Positions 12,878 to 21,831 are shown, counted from the first letter of the stretch. The stretch is DNA of 63,712 bases from an uncultured Candidatus Saccharibacteria bacterium (GCA_964610775.1 CAZSZC010000004.1:1-63712), one strand, 5' to 3'. Notes: a model not told the origin generated them from the sequence alone. Translations and numbers: made by a program.

Positions 12878-13514
12878 AACAGTTTTCAGCTATTGATTTG
12901 TGGATAACTAAGTTAAATAAAATGCGTTGTAATAATATCAATGATAATACTTTAACAATTTAGTTACTATTTATAACTATATTTATATATAATCGCATAC
13001 ATTATTTATTAGTAGTCGTTGTGATCACAATCATGTATGTTGGTATTTCTTTGGTGTTGAGCTAGTCTTTATCTAGGTCTGTCGCGTCTTGAGTAAGCTG
13101 GGCTAATGTACATCTGTTATTGAGTGATTTAACGACAATGTTCATCACAGTTCGTATCGTACACGATATTTAGACACTTATTGATCACCAAACTGCTGGT
13201 ATATGTCTTTCATATATTAAGCGCCAGTACACTATTATTTTGAATCTAGCGTTGTTTTGATCGAACTACGCAAATTCACTTTCATCTAAGCCAGTTCTTA
13301 TACTTGGTAAATGATCAAATTATTAAAAGTCCAAACATGCTACCACGCCTACTCGTCATGTCATTATGATTTAAATTATGTGCATCGCCTACTAACACTC
13401 GTGTAACGCTTAAGTGACTATAAAAATAGATGATTTTAGTAGCTATATATTTATGTAAACTTGTTTATGGGCATAAAGTTATACACAGGTTTGTTAATTT
13501 TAACCACAATCGTG

Positions 13515-13717
13515 TTGACAGTAGTAATTTGGCTAGACTATTATTGGGATAGCACTGAATAAAATTAGTGCTCAAAAACAAAAAGCATCTGTAACAACGG
13601 CTTCTCGCAAGCCGTTGTTCCATGAAATCACTAATCAAAACCAAGACCATAAAAACGCTCTAATAAACATCTAAACTTCGCCTAACAGTCCGCACTAAAC
13701 TCCATGCGGACTGTTTT
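13515..13717 (+). ncRNA. Candidate sRNA / small-ORF transcription unit (promoter, three hairpins, terminator)
   Basis: TTGACA (13515-13520), 18 bp, TATTAT; hairpins AGCACT/AGTGCT, 13593-13619 and 13684-13715 with T tail. Confidence 0.45.
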
Positions 13718-13763
13718 AATTTGCGCTCATGGTTGTACTTAGAGAGTGTGGTATTAATAAATT

Positions 13764-15284
13764 ATGCGTAGCGTGATGGAGACCGGCGTAGATGGATTAA
13801 TCATCGACGTGGAGTGTCATCAATCTAACGGACTACCTAACATTGTTATCGTAGGCATTGCCAATCGTGCCGTCGACGAAGCCAAAGAACGAATCCGCAG
13901 CAGTTTTGCTAGCACGAAACTCAACCTACCTCGTAAACGGATCACTATAAATCTTGCACCGGCTGATGTGCCAAAAGACAGTAGCAGCTTTGACCTTGCC
14001 ATGGCCATTAGCATTCTGGCTGCGAGCGAACAGATACCTAAGAATAGTTGGGGTGATGCTCTAGTCATAGGAGAACTCGGACTAGATGGCAACATCCGTC
14101 CAGTTAGGGGTATCATTGGCAAGATACTTGCCGGCAGAAAACTGGGTTATAACAAGTTCGTCATTCCGGAAGGCAATCTAGAGCAAGCTAAGTTAGTGCC
14201 AGAAATAACTATCGTGCCCGTGGGTAACTTGCGAGATATATATGTTGCATTATCGGGTGTAGGTAAGTTCAATGAGGTGCGAACTAATGAAGGTTCATTG
14301 CCGCAACTAGCAACTCGTACCTATACAACTGATATACAAGAAGTTGTTGGCCAAGTTAGAGCAAAGCGAGCCTTAGAAATTGCAGCCGCAGGCGGTCACA
14401 ACATTTTGTTGACTGGAGCACCTGGTACTGGTAAAAGCATGCTAGCAAAATGCCTACCCACAATTTTACCCGATCTGAATAGAGAAGAGATCCTAGAAAT
14501 TACACATCTTCATAGCCTAGCTGATAAGAAATATGATCGAATCATTACAGCTCGACCCTTTAGGGCTCCACATCATACCGCCAGCGATATATCAATTATT
14601 GGAGGTGGCCAGAAGCCTAAACCAGGCGAAATAAGCCTTAGCCATCACGGTGTGTTGTTTTTTGATGAGTTCCCGGAATTCAATCGTAGCGCAGTAGAAG
14701 CACTAAGGCAGCCCTTGGAAGATCACATCATAACCGTGTCACGAGCCCAAGGCAGCTTAATCTTCCCTGCTAAGTTTATACTCGTAGCTACCTCTAACCC
14801 ATGCCCTTGTGGCTACTATGGTACAAGCAAAGAGTGTACCTGCACAGCAAACGAGATAAACCGCTATCAGAAGAAGCTATCTGGACCGATTTTGGATCGC
14901 ATAGATCTATATGTGTCCGTTGATGAGATTAAGCACGATGAATTATTGAAAGAAGACGCCAATGGGGAAAATAGCATGGATGTAAGAAATAGAGTGGTCA
15001 AGGCGCGACAACTTCAGATCAAACGCTATGGGAGTAAGATCAAACAAAACTCAAACCTAAGCAATAAGGATGTCAAGAAATTAGCCAACCTGAAACCAGA
15101 TGCGAAGGAGCTTCTTGATAAGGCTGCGGAACAACTAGGCATATCTGCCCGTGCATATATGAAGATAACTAAAGTTGCGAGGACCATTGCCGATCTAGAC
15201 AATTCACCTACCATAGAGATTCATCACCTGACCGAGGCACTGCAGTATCGCAAGCAAGAAGTCAGCAATATATTTGTATCTTAA
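13764..15284 (+). CDS. comM: YifB/ComM Mg-chelatase-like AAA+ ATPase
   Basis: NLAPADVPKD..FDLAMA, GELGLDG, AAGGHNILLTGAPGTGKS, RPFRAPHH, FFDEFPEF, NPCPCGY. Confidence 0.93.
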   Translation: MRSVMETGVDGLIIDVECHQSNGLPNIVIVGIANRAVDEAKERIRSSFASTKLNLPRKRITINLAPADVPKDSSSFDLAMAISILAASEQIPKNSWGDALVIGELGLDGNIRPVRGIIGKILAGRKLGYNKFVIPEGNLEQAKLVPEITIVPVGNLRDIYVALSGVGKFNEVRTNEGSLPQLATRTYTTDIQEVVGQVRAKRALEIAAAGGHNILLTGAPGTGKSMLAKCLPTILPDLNREEILEITHLHSLADKKYDRIITARPFRAPHHTASDISIIGGGQKPKPGEISLSHHGVLFFDEFPEFNRSAVEALRQPLEDHIITVSRAQGSLIFPAKFILVATSNPCPCGYYGTSKECTCTANEINRYQKKLSGPILDRIDLYVSVDEIKHDELLKEDANGENSMDVRNRVVKARQLQIKRYGSKIKQNSNLSNKDVKKLANLKPDAKELLDKAAEQLGISARAYMKITKVARTIADLDNSPTIEIHHLTEALQYRKQEVSNIFVS

Positions 15285-15363
15285 CAACTTTATGCTTGAC
15301 CTCTAGAAGCTTATCTGTTAGGATTACCTGTAAACCAGTTACGTTAGTAGAGGAGAAAGATCC

Positions 15364-15894
15364 ATTAACCAAAGGACACGTCTGAATCACCAGATTCAGG
15401 CATCGCAATTAAGAGTGATTGACGAAGACGGCTCGCAGCTCGGCATTATGTCTAGAACAGACGCCCTGCAGTTAGCCGACCAACGTGACCTTGACCTGGT
15501 GGAAATTTCACCTAATACTGACCCGCCGGTATGTAAGATTGTCGACTGGGGTAAGTTTAATTACCAGAAGACCAAGCAGCTCCAAAAGAGCAAGAAAAAT
15601 GCCAAAACCCTCGAGGTTAAGCAAATGCGCTTCGGTCTGAAAATCGGCGATCACGACCTAGGCGTTAAGCTGAACAAAGTGAATGGTTTCCTAGAAACCG
15701 GACACAAAGTAAAGCTGACTGTGTTTTATCGCGGACGCGAGCTTGCTCATAAGGAATTGGGCTTTAAACTCGCCGAACGCATCATTACCGATTATGGTGA
15801 TAAAATTATTGTCGATCAAAAACCACAGTTTGCCGGCAAACAACTAAACTTCGTGATAAGGAGCAACCCCAATGCCAAAGCTAAAGACTCATAG
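15364..15894 (+). CDS. infC: Translation initiation factor IF-3, AUU start
   Basis: GAGGAG (15350-15355) then in-frame ATT (15364) giving NQRTRLNHQIQASQLRVID; PPVCKIVDWGKF, KVKLTVFYRGRE. Confidence 0.95.
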   Translation: MNQRTRLNHQIQASQLRVIDEDGSQLGIMSRTDALQLADQRDLDLVEISPNTDPPVCKIVDWGKFNYQKTKQLQKSKKNAKTLEVKQMRFGLKIGDHDLGVKLNKVNGFLETGHKVKLTVFYRGRELAHKELGFKLAERIITDYGDKIIVDQKPQFAGKQLNFVIRSNPNAKAKDS

Positions 15895-16069
15895 CGGAAC
15901 CAAGAAGCGAGTACGCGTTACCAAAAATGGTAAGGTGCTTCATGAGAAAGCTACAAGTAATCACTTCTTACAAAAGAAGAGTGCTGCACGCAAGCGTCGT
16001 TTTGCCATTGGTAGTGAAATGACCGGCAAAAGCGCTAAGAATATGAAATTAAGACTCGGAGTAAAGTAG
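15872..16069 (+). CDS. rpmI: 50S ribosomal protein L35
   Basis: MPKLKTHSGTKKRVRVTKNGK; infC-rpmI-rplT order. Confidence 0.97.
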   Translation: MPKLKTHSGTKKRVRVTKNGKVLHEKATSNHFLQKKSAARKRRFAIGSEMTGKSAKNMKLRLGVK

Positions 16070-16070
16070 T

Positions 16071-16421
16071 ATGCGCGTAAAACGAGGCGTTACCGGCCAC
16101 AAGAGACATCAGAAGATTCGTAAAGCTACCAAGGGTATGACCCGTGGTAACCGTTCAAGTATCAAGCGCGGCAAGCAAGCTGTTACTCGTTCATTAGTAA
16201 ATTCTTACAATGACCGCCGTAACCGTAAGCGCAGTTTCCGTCAATTATGGAACGTTCGTATTAATGCTGCTGCCCGATTGAACGGTACTACTTATAGTCG
16301 ACTTATCGCTGCCCTCAAAGGCGCCAAAATTGATCTAGATCGCAAAGTACTATCAGAACTAGCTGTCAACGAACCCAAAGCTTTCGAAGCAGTCGTCAAA
16401 GCTGCTAAACCTGCCAAATAA
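16071..16421 (+). CDS. rplT: 50S ribosomal protein L20
   Basis: MRVKRGV, DRRNRKRSFRQLWNVRINAAAR, LDRKVLSELAV. Confidence 0.98.
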   Translation: MRVKRGVTGHKRHQKIRKATKGMTRGNRSSIKRGKQAVTRSLVNSYNDRRNRKRSFRQLWNVRINAAARLNGTTYSRLIAALKGAKIDLDRKVLSELAVNEPKAFEAVVKAAKPAK

Positions 16422-16458
16422 CAATCTTGCACAATCGGTTGTGCATTACATACAAACT

Positions 16459-16487
16459 AAAAAACGCCGTTTTAAATGGCGTTTTTT
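16459..16487. terminator. Bidirectional intrinsic terminator
   Basis: AAAAAACGCC..GGCGTTTTTT between convergent rplT and purD. Confidence 0.8.
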
Positions 16488-17803
16488 GATAGATAATCTA
16501 TGTATTCGCCGTTTATCACCGTCTTACCTAGATCACCTCTGAACTGTTTACCGACAAAATTTATCAACATAGATGCATACTTTGCACGGTCGCAAACTGA
16601 TCTAAGCGACTCTCCACCTTGACCAGTCACCACTACATTTAGAACTCTACCGCCGTTAACCACTATTTTGCCGTTATCTTTCTTAGTACCGGCATGTAGA
16701 ACTTTAACGCCAGCCGAGGCTAGTTTATCAATTTCTTCCAAGCCTTCAATTTCATCGTTAAGTACTGGCGTATCTGGATACCCATCGGCAGCTAATACCA
16801 TAGACACGGATTCGTTCTTATCCCACTCCGTTTGCTTTAAGGTGTTGAGTTGACCTGTACTACTAGCAATCATTAGTTCTACGACGTCACTTTTTAACCT
16901 CGCCAACCATGCTTGAGCTTCCGGGTCACCAGGCCGAGCATTATATTCCAAGCAGCGTCCCGCCCTCACACCCGGGAACAGCATACCTCGAAACGGTGTG
17001 CCTCTTTGATTTAGCCACTTCAAAACTGGCGCCACAAAAACTTCACCCATTCGCTCAATATCATCTGGTAAGATGTGGCTACTAGGTATAGTAACTACAC
17101 CCATGCCACCGGTCATCGGGCCTTGGTCATCGTCGTAAATTGTCTTATGGTCACGCATCGCAAACGGAATCATCCGGTAATTTTCGCCGTCACACCAAGC
17201 CTGTAGCGATAGTTCTGGGCCAAGTAGTCCTTCTTCTATAATTACCATTTGGCGAACACTAAGTTTACCTGTATATCTAAGCCTTTGAAGTACCGCGTAC
17301 ACCTCTTTAAGCGAATCAGCCTCGCTCACACCTTTCCCAAAAGCTAAATGATCTTGTTTGATATATTGCGGAAACACACCTTTAGACTCCGAATAGGCCA
17401 GAGCGCTATCAAGGGACGAAAAAGCACCGTAGCTAGCTGTCGGTATACCACTGTCTACCATGCAGGTTTTGCCCGTAAGTTTCGACCATTCAATTTCCGC
17501 AGCCGAGCGAGTCGGTCCAAAAACATACAATTCCCTACCTTTAAACTCTTCTTGAAAAGCATCAACCGCACCCATTTCCAAAGGGTTATCTGCAGTTATT
17601 GCAATCAAACCAATGTCTCTATTTCTGGCAACAAAATCGAGCTGCGCACCTATATCTAGTACGTCTATACCTGTATTCTCGGCAAATCCCTCACTGCCAG
17701 GATTATTGCCAGCGACAAATACTCCATCTAGATGTGAGGATTCTGCCATTTTCTCGACAAAAGCCTGACCTCTGCCACCACTGTCAATTACAAATCCCTT
17801 CAT
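16472..17803 (-). CDS. purD: Phosphoribosylamine-glycine ligase-like ATP-grasp protein (divergent PurD)
   Basis: SGGR, GNPG, FGPTRSAAEIEWSK, GKGV, RDHKTIYDDDQGPMTGGMG, EYNARPGDPEAQ, HAGTK, GGRVLNV. Confidence 0.85.
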   Translation of the reverse strand: MKGFVIDSGGRGQAFVEKMAESSHLDGVFVAGNNPGSEGFAENTGIDVLDIGAQLDFVARNRDIGLIAITADNPLEMGAVDAFQEEFKGRELYVFGPTRSAAEIEWSKLTGKTCMVDSGIPTASYGAFSSLDSALAYSESKGVFPQYIKQDHLAFGKGVSEADSLKEVYAVLQRLRYTGKLSVRQMVIIEEGLLGPELSLQAWCDGENYRMIPFAMRDHKTIYDDDQGPMTGGMGVVTIPSSHILPDDIERMGEVFVAPVLKWLNQRGTPFRGMLFPGVRAGRCLEYNARPGDPEAQAWLARLKSDVVELMIASSTGQLNTLKQTEWDKNESVSMVLAADGYPDTPVLNDEIEGLEEIDKLASAGVKVLHAGTKKDNGKIVVNGGRVLNVVVTGQGGESLRSVCDRAKYASMLINFVGKQFRGDLGKTVINGEYIDYLSKNAI

Positions 17804-17848
17804 ATCTTTAGTTTGTTCGTTGGCAAGATAATTTGCAAGCAAAAGCAA

Positions 17849-17874
17849 AAACCGCCCCTTTATAGGGGCGGTTT
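17849..17874. terminator. Hairpin terminator, copy 1 of a related pair
   Basis: AAACCGCCCC-TTTATA-GGGGCGGTTT. Confidence 0.75.
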
Positions 17875-17918
17875 ATTAAAAGTCTGTACCTAATCCGTGA
17901 CTAATGAAAGGACCAGCA

Positions 17919-18164
17919 CTACCGGATTCTCTGTCCAGTTTGAAGCTCGTAATCAATGAGCGCAGCTACTACTGGATGCATTCTATTATTTTTGTTTTCA
18001 CCTGAAGCAATTGATCTCTCTCGAAAAACAAAATCCCTTGGCGAGCCTAGATAAGGATCAATCGTCACATATTTATCAATCAGATCTTCTTTGTGTGGCT
18101 GTAACAAAGTTATTATTGCGGGTTCTTGTTCTTTGCGTCTAAACTCAGTTTCCATCATTTCCAT
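17919..18164 (-). CDS. Hypothetical protein, 81 aa, own promoter
   Basis: TTGCAA-17-TAGTAT 8 nt upstream of the ATG; terminators on both sides. Confidence 0.65.
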   Translation of the reverse strand: MEMMETEFRRKEQEPAIITLLQPHKEDLIDKYVTIDPYLGSPRDFVFRERSIASGENKNNRMHPVVAALIDYELQTGQRIR

Positions 18165-18204
18165 AATTACATATACTATACTATTTTGTATATTTTTGCA
18201 AGAA

Positions 18205-18230
18205 TAACCGCCCCTTTAGGAGCGGTTTTT
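18205..18230. terminator. Hairpin terminator, copy 2 (downstream of rnpB)
   Basis: AACCGCCCCTTTAGGAGCGGTTTTT. Confidence 0.7.
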
Positions 18231-18320
18231 CATATTCTCCCTTTCGGGAAGAGTAGCCCGACTAAAATGTATTCCATTTTGCCGGCGCGATGAGAAACCC
18301 TAAAAGGGTGTCTCATTAAC

Positions 18321-18653
18321 GCTAGATTATCCGTAAGCCGGGTTCTGTTTTAGCTAATCATCTATCTAGCCCACCGATTGCTCGGCGGATCGAGCGGATT
18401 AAACGATGAACCGTAGCGGGAAACTCTATAGATCCATCTCCTTGCAGCAGACAGGGTTTACCTCTCCCTGGCGTCACCGACAGGGACTGTGGGCTCTTAC
18501 CCCACTCGTTTCACCCTTACCCCTTGCGGGGCAGTTTCGTTTCTGTGGCACTTTCCCTAGGGTTGCCCCCGGTCGCCGTTAGCGACTGTCTTTCCCTACG
18601 CTGCCCGGACTTTCCTCTTACACCAAGTGCAAGCGATTAGCCGATAATCTAGC
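18321..18653 (-). ncRNA. rnpB: RNase P RNA
   Basis: GAGGAAAGTCCGGGCAG and ACAGAACCCGGCTTA on the minus strand; P1 helix GCTAGATTATC/GATAATCTAGC; TATAAT 6 nt upstream. Confidence 0.97.
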
Positions 18654-18667
18654 CGTTTTATTATACC

Positions 18668-19474
18668 CTAGATTGTCTTTTGGGCGTCGAGGGTTTCGTT
18701 AACCATGCCGTCAGCTATCTTATTTAACTCTCGTGGTACATGGGTAAACGTTACCCTCTTGAAACTCGGGATCATGTCTTTAATAGCTTGATGAATTGGC
18801 CATAGGTCACGATTTTTTACCTTAAATATACCCTTCATTTGATTAACTACCAGTAAACTATCTAGAAATACATTTACTTCTTCTACACCTAGTTTTTTTG
18901 CTTCTTCTAGACCAAATTTGAGTGCCTGGTATTCCGCTTGATTATTTGTAGTTATGCCCAGATATTCGCCACTTTTCATAATAACTGCGTCGTTCATATC
19001 CAAGATTGCGTAGCCAGATGCCGAAGGCCCTGGGTTGCCTCTAGAGCCGCCATCAGCAAATAGCTTAACTTCTTTGGGCGCCTCAACCACAAATTCCATC
19101 TGGGTTTCTTTGATTTCTCTGGGTTCTGTGTAGGGCTGAAAGCTAAACTGGATCATCTTTATCGGGGTATTCTCGTCGACATCTTCACCGTAATATTTAC
19201 GAAAAATCTGTAACATTACAGACACGGAGCCATAGACTTCCTGCGCTTCATTATCCTCCGGCGCTATATCCTTGATCCGTTTTTCGTGAATCCTATTTAT
19301 AGTTGCAACGCCAATTTTGCGCCAAGTTTCAGGCTTTTCACGATCAACTTTATCGATCAACTCAACCTGATCGTTGACTGCTAGATTTTTGTCGTCCTTT
19401 AGGCGCCAAGTGTTATTCTTCTCACCACTCAAAACCTTTTGCGCTAGATCATGATCAAGTTTTAATGTTTTCAT
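18668..19474 (-). CDS. rnhA: ASCH/PUA-like domain fused to ribonuclease HI
   Basis: C-terminus FADGGSRGNPG, TNNQAEY, LDSLLVVNQ, HVPRELNKIAD; N-terminus VLSGEKNNTWRL..LAVNDQVELI is ASCH-like. Confidence 0.85.
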   Translation of the reverse strand: MKTLKLDHDLAQKVLSGEKNNTWRLKDDKNLAVNDQVELIDKVDREKPETWRKIGVATINRIHEKRIKDIAPEDNEAQEVYGSVSVMLQIFRKYYGEDVDENTPIKMIQFSFQPYTEPREIKETQMEFVVEAPKEVKLFADGGSRGNPGPSASGYAILDMNDAVIMKSGEYLGITTNNQAEYQALKFGLEEAKKLGVEEVNVFLDSLLVVNQMKGIFKVKNRDLWPIHQAIKDMIPSFKRVTFTHVPRELNKIADGMVNETLDAQKTI

Positions 19475-19501
19475 CTGTCTTACTATAACCTATTTGCTAC
19501 A

Positions 19502-20545
19502 ATGAAGCCTGTGAAAGTTTCTGATTACACCTACGATTTACCAGAAGAACGAATTGCTTTACATCCACCAAAAGTCCGTGGCACTAGCCGACTCTTGGTA
19601 TTGAATAAGCAAACCGGAGAGATTGAGCATCGAAAATACACCAACTTGGTCGACTACCTACAACCTTGTGATGTTGTCGTCCTAAACGATACAAAAGTAA
19701 TAAAGGCCCGATTAATCGCCAAAAACTCTAAAGGCCAAACGCGTGAGCTTTTACTACTTGAAGATCATCATAATACAAACTTTACGAGTCGCAAGACTAT
19801 TTACAGAGGTAAAATTCACGACGGTGAGACATTAGACGTAAATGGGGCTAAGATTGTCGTTGAAAAGGTCTTGGACGGTGGCATCGCCGAAATCAGTAGT
19901 TCGCACAATATTTTAGAATTGGCAGAACATGTCGGCTCAGTGCCCTTACCTCCATATATGCATCGTGACGCTACCAAAGAAGATATAGAGCGCTACCAGA
20001 CGGTTTTTGCTAAGGAACCTGGTTCTGTGGCTGCTCCAACCGCATCACTCAACTTCACTAAGAAGTTAGAAGAGAAGTTATTAGCAAAAGGAATACAAAT
20101 TGCTTACCTGACTCTTCATGTAGGGCTTGGCACTTTCCTACCTATCAGAAGTGATGAAATCGAGGGACACACTATGCACAGTGAGTATTTTGAAGTGCCA
20201 GCGGAAACTATAGAAATAATCAATAAAGCTAAACTTAACAGTAATAAAATCGTTGCGATTGGTACAACAGTAACGCGCACTTTGGAGTTTTGTGCTGACA
20301 AAATTATGAGCACCGAGTTACACCCAAATCAACCACTAAATGGCGAAGCGAACATATTTATTTATCCTGGGTACAAATTTAAATTAGTTGATCACATGTT
20401 GACTAATTTTCATGCACCAAAATCGACCGTACTGATGATGGCGGCTGCCTTTGCGGGTTGGGATAATTTACTCAAAGCCTACGAGATAGCGATTGAAGAA
20501 GACTACTCTTTCCTAAGCTACGGTGACTCTATCTTGATTATCTAG
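19502..20545 (+). CDS. queA: S-adenosylmethionine:tRNA ribosyltransferase-isomerase
   Basis: YDLPEERIA, VLNDTKVIKARL, PLPPY, RYQTVFA, GSVAAPTASLNF, LHVGLGTF, TNFHAPKST, FLSYGD. Confidence 0.97.
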   Translation: MKPVKVSDYTYDLPEERIALHPPKVRGTSRLLVLNKQTGEIEHRKYTNLVDYLQPCDVVVLNDTKVIKARLIAKNSKGQTRELLLLEDHHNTNFTSRKTIYRGKIHDGETLDVNGAKIVVEKVLDGGIAEISSSHNILELAEHVGSVPLPPYMHRDATKEDIERYQTVFAKEPGSVAAPTASLNFTKKLEEKLLAKGIQIAYLTLHVGLGTFLPIRSDEIEGHTMHSEYFEVPAETIEIINKAKLNSNKIVAIGTTVTRTLEFCADKIMSTELHPNQPLNGEANIFIYPGYKFKLVDHMLTNFHAPKSTVLMMAAAFAGWDNLLKAYEIAIEEDYSFLSYGDSILII

Positions 20546-20865
20546 CGATCCATCTGATAATGAATAGTGCCAGCGTGATCGATTTCTTCGATTTCGGCCA
20601 TTCCTGACTTGTAAATCCCTTGGTTGGCGCAAGCTCCCCCAACTATTGTTACGCCAAGCGAAAAAGCAACGAATGATAGACTACGAGAGTCGATGTGTGC
20701 CTCTGATGTCGCATGCATCATACCGGCATATAAAGCTCCACGTACATTCTCTACCCCCTCATAAGCTATCGTAGTAAATGCAGCGAGGCTTCCGACAATA
20801 TAGGCAAACGTACCGGTAGCAGCCATAATATTGCCCTTTGCTTTTTCTCGCTCAAGATTGGTCAT
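20542..20865 (-). CDS. Hypothetical membrane protein, 107 aa
   Basis: Two hydrophobic segments; convergent 4-nt overlap with queA. Confidence 0.55.
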   Translation of the reverse strand: MTNLEREKAKGNIMAATGTFAYIVGSLAAFTTIAYEGVENVRGALYAGMMHATSEAHIDSRSLSFVAFSLGVTIVGGACANQGIYKSGMAEIEEIDHAGTIHYQMDR

Positions 20866-20952
20866 ACAGTATAGATATACTCTTCATCTACGAAACTGCA
20901 AGCTTAAGCAATTTAGCAGATATGCAACTGTGCTAAAATACTGGAGATATTT

Positions 20953-21029
20953 CGGGGTGTGGCGCAGTTGGCTAGCGCGTACGGCTGGGGGCCGTGAGGT
21001 CGCAGGTTCAAGTCCTGTCACCCCGACCA
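20953..21029 (+). tRNA. tRNA-Pro(GGG)
   Basis: Acceptor CGGGGTG/CACCCCG, anticodon loop CTGGGGG, T-loop TTCAAGT, encoded CCA. Confidence 0.97.
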
Positions 21030-21147
21030 TATATCAATTATGAGATATTTTGATGGTTTTTTGTACATAAAAGCCATAAACCTATTGACATGACGTGACA
21101 CAGTACTACCATGGAAGTAGGGACATAAAATAAAGATAGGAGCGAAA

Positions 21148-21348
21148 ATGTCACTAAGCGAAGTTTTTATTCCAAGAAATCTGGCTGAAAAGGTAGAAGG
21201 AAGTTTAGTTCGGCCAGATATATTTAGATACGCTGATCCAAGTGATCATCATGTAAGGCGTATTGGCAGTGCGGCACTACACGAAGAAGTGGCAAATGAG
21301 CCAGCCCCCGAGGTAAAACTACCAGTCAGCAGCGCTGAAGCTGCCTAG
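21148..21348 (+). CDS. Small hypothetical protein, 66 aa
   Basis: AGGAG SD; TTGACA upstream; ends SSAEAA. Confidence 0.65.
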   Translation: MSLSEVFIPRNLAEKVEGSLVRPDIFRYADPSDHHVRRIGSAALHEEVANEPAPEVKLPVSSAEAA

Positions 21349-21415
21349 AAAATTAAATTTACTAATTAAAGCATAAGCATTATCCTTTTCGTGTGGTATG
21401 TGAGAGTATTACTAC

Positions 21416-21655
21416 ATGCCAAACGAAATAGATTTTGAGAGCTTTGAAACTGCAGTAAAAGATATTCAAGACAGGATGAAAGAACGACCCATTATTCAAG
21501 ATGCATTTGACTGTGCTTTTAGCAGCGCACCAAGACCTCTGAATACGACTCTTGGTTCAATAACTTTGCGTGTCACAGAACTAGCAGAAACAGTAGGTAT
21601 TACTTCCGAAGAGCAACAGCTAAAGAGTAGTTTTCGCTCAATAAGAGGTCATTAA
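21416..21655 (+). CDS. Small hypothetical protein, 79 aa
   Basis: Open frame followed directly by a terminator. Confidence 0.6.
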   Translation: MPNEIDFESFETAVKDIQDRMKERPIIQDAFDCAFSSAPRPLNTTLGSITLRVTELAETVGITSEEQQLKSSFRSIRGH

Positions 21656-21683
21656 AAAACTCGAGCCAAAAGCTCGAGTTTTT
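21655..21683. terminator. Bidirectional intrinsic terminator
   Basis: AAAAACTCGAGC-CAAAA-GCTCGAGTTTTT. Confidence 0.85.
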
Positions 21684-21688
21684 ATTTA

Positions 21689-21805
21689 GGCCAGCATGAC
21701 AACCTGGATTGTAATCCCAGGTGGGTCTCCGCACGACAGAACCGCAATTCTGCACGAATATTGGAATCCCAAATGATAAGTATTCAGATTATCATTTTGC
21801 TGGCC
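21689..21805 (-). ncRNA. Compact 6S-like RNA candidate (117 nt)
   Basis: Closing stem GGCCAGCA/TGCTGGCC, central TGGG..TCC/GGA..CCCA stem, CCTGG/CCAGG hairpin; TATAAT at 21815-21820 and terminator just downstream. The 6S identity rests on recalled similarity to Firmicutes 6S. Confidence 0.55.
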
Positions 21806-21831
21806 CGTAGCTATATTATACTGCCTAAATA

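Noticed and set aside
13434-13461. dif-like site: TTATGTAAACT matches the Bacillus XerD arm
   Set aside because: The left arm does not match or mirror it, and the rRNA/gyrase neighbourhood is not terminus-like.
12760-13760. oriC candidate (AT-rich gap with DnaA boxes at 12899, 13479 and about 13500)
   Set aside because: No dnaA/dnaN adjacent, few boxes, and by-eye codon skew and gene orientation do not switch here; a cumulative GC-skew plot would settle it.
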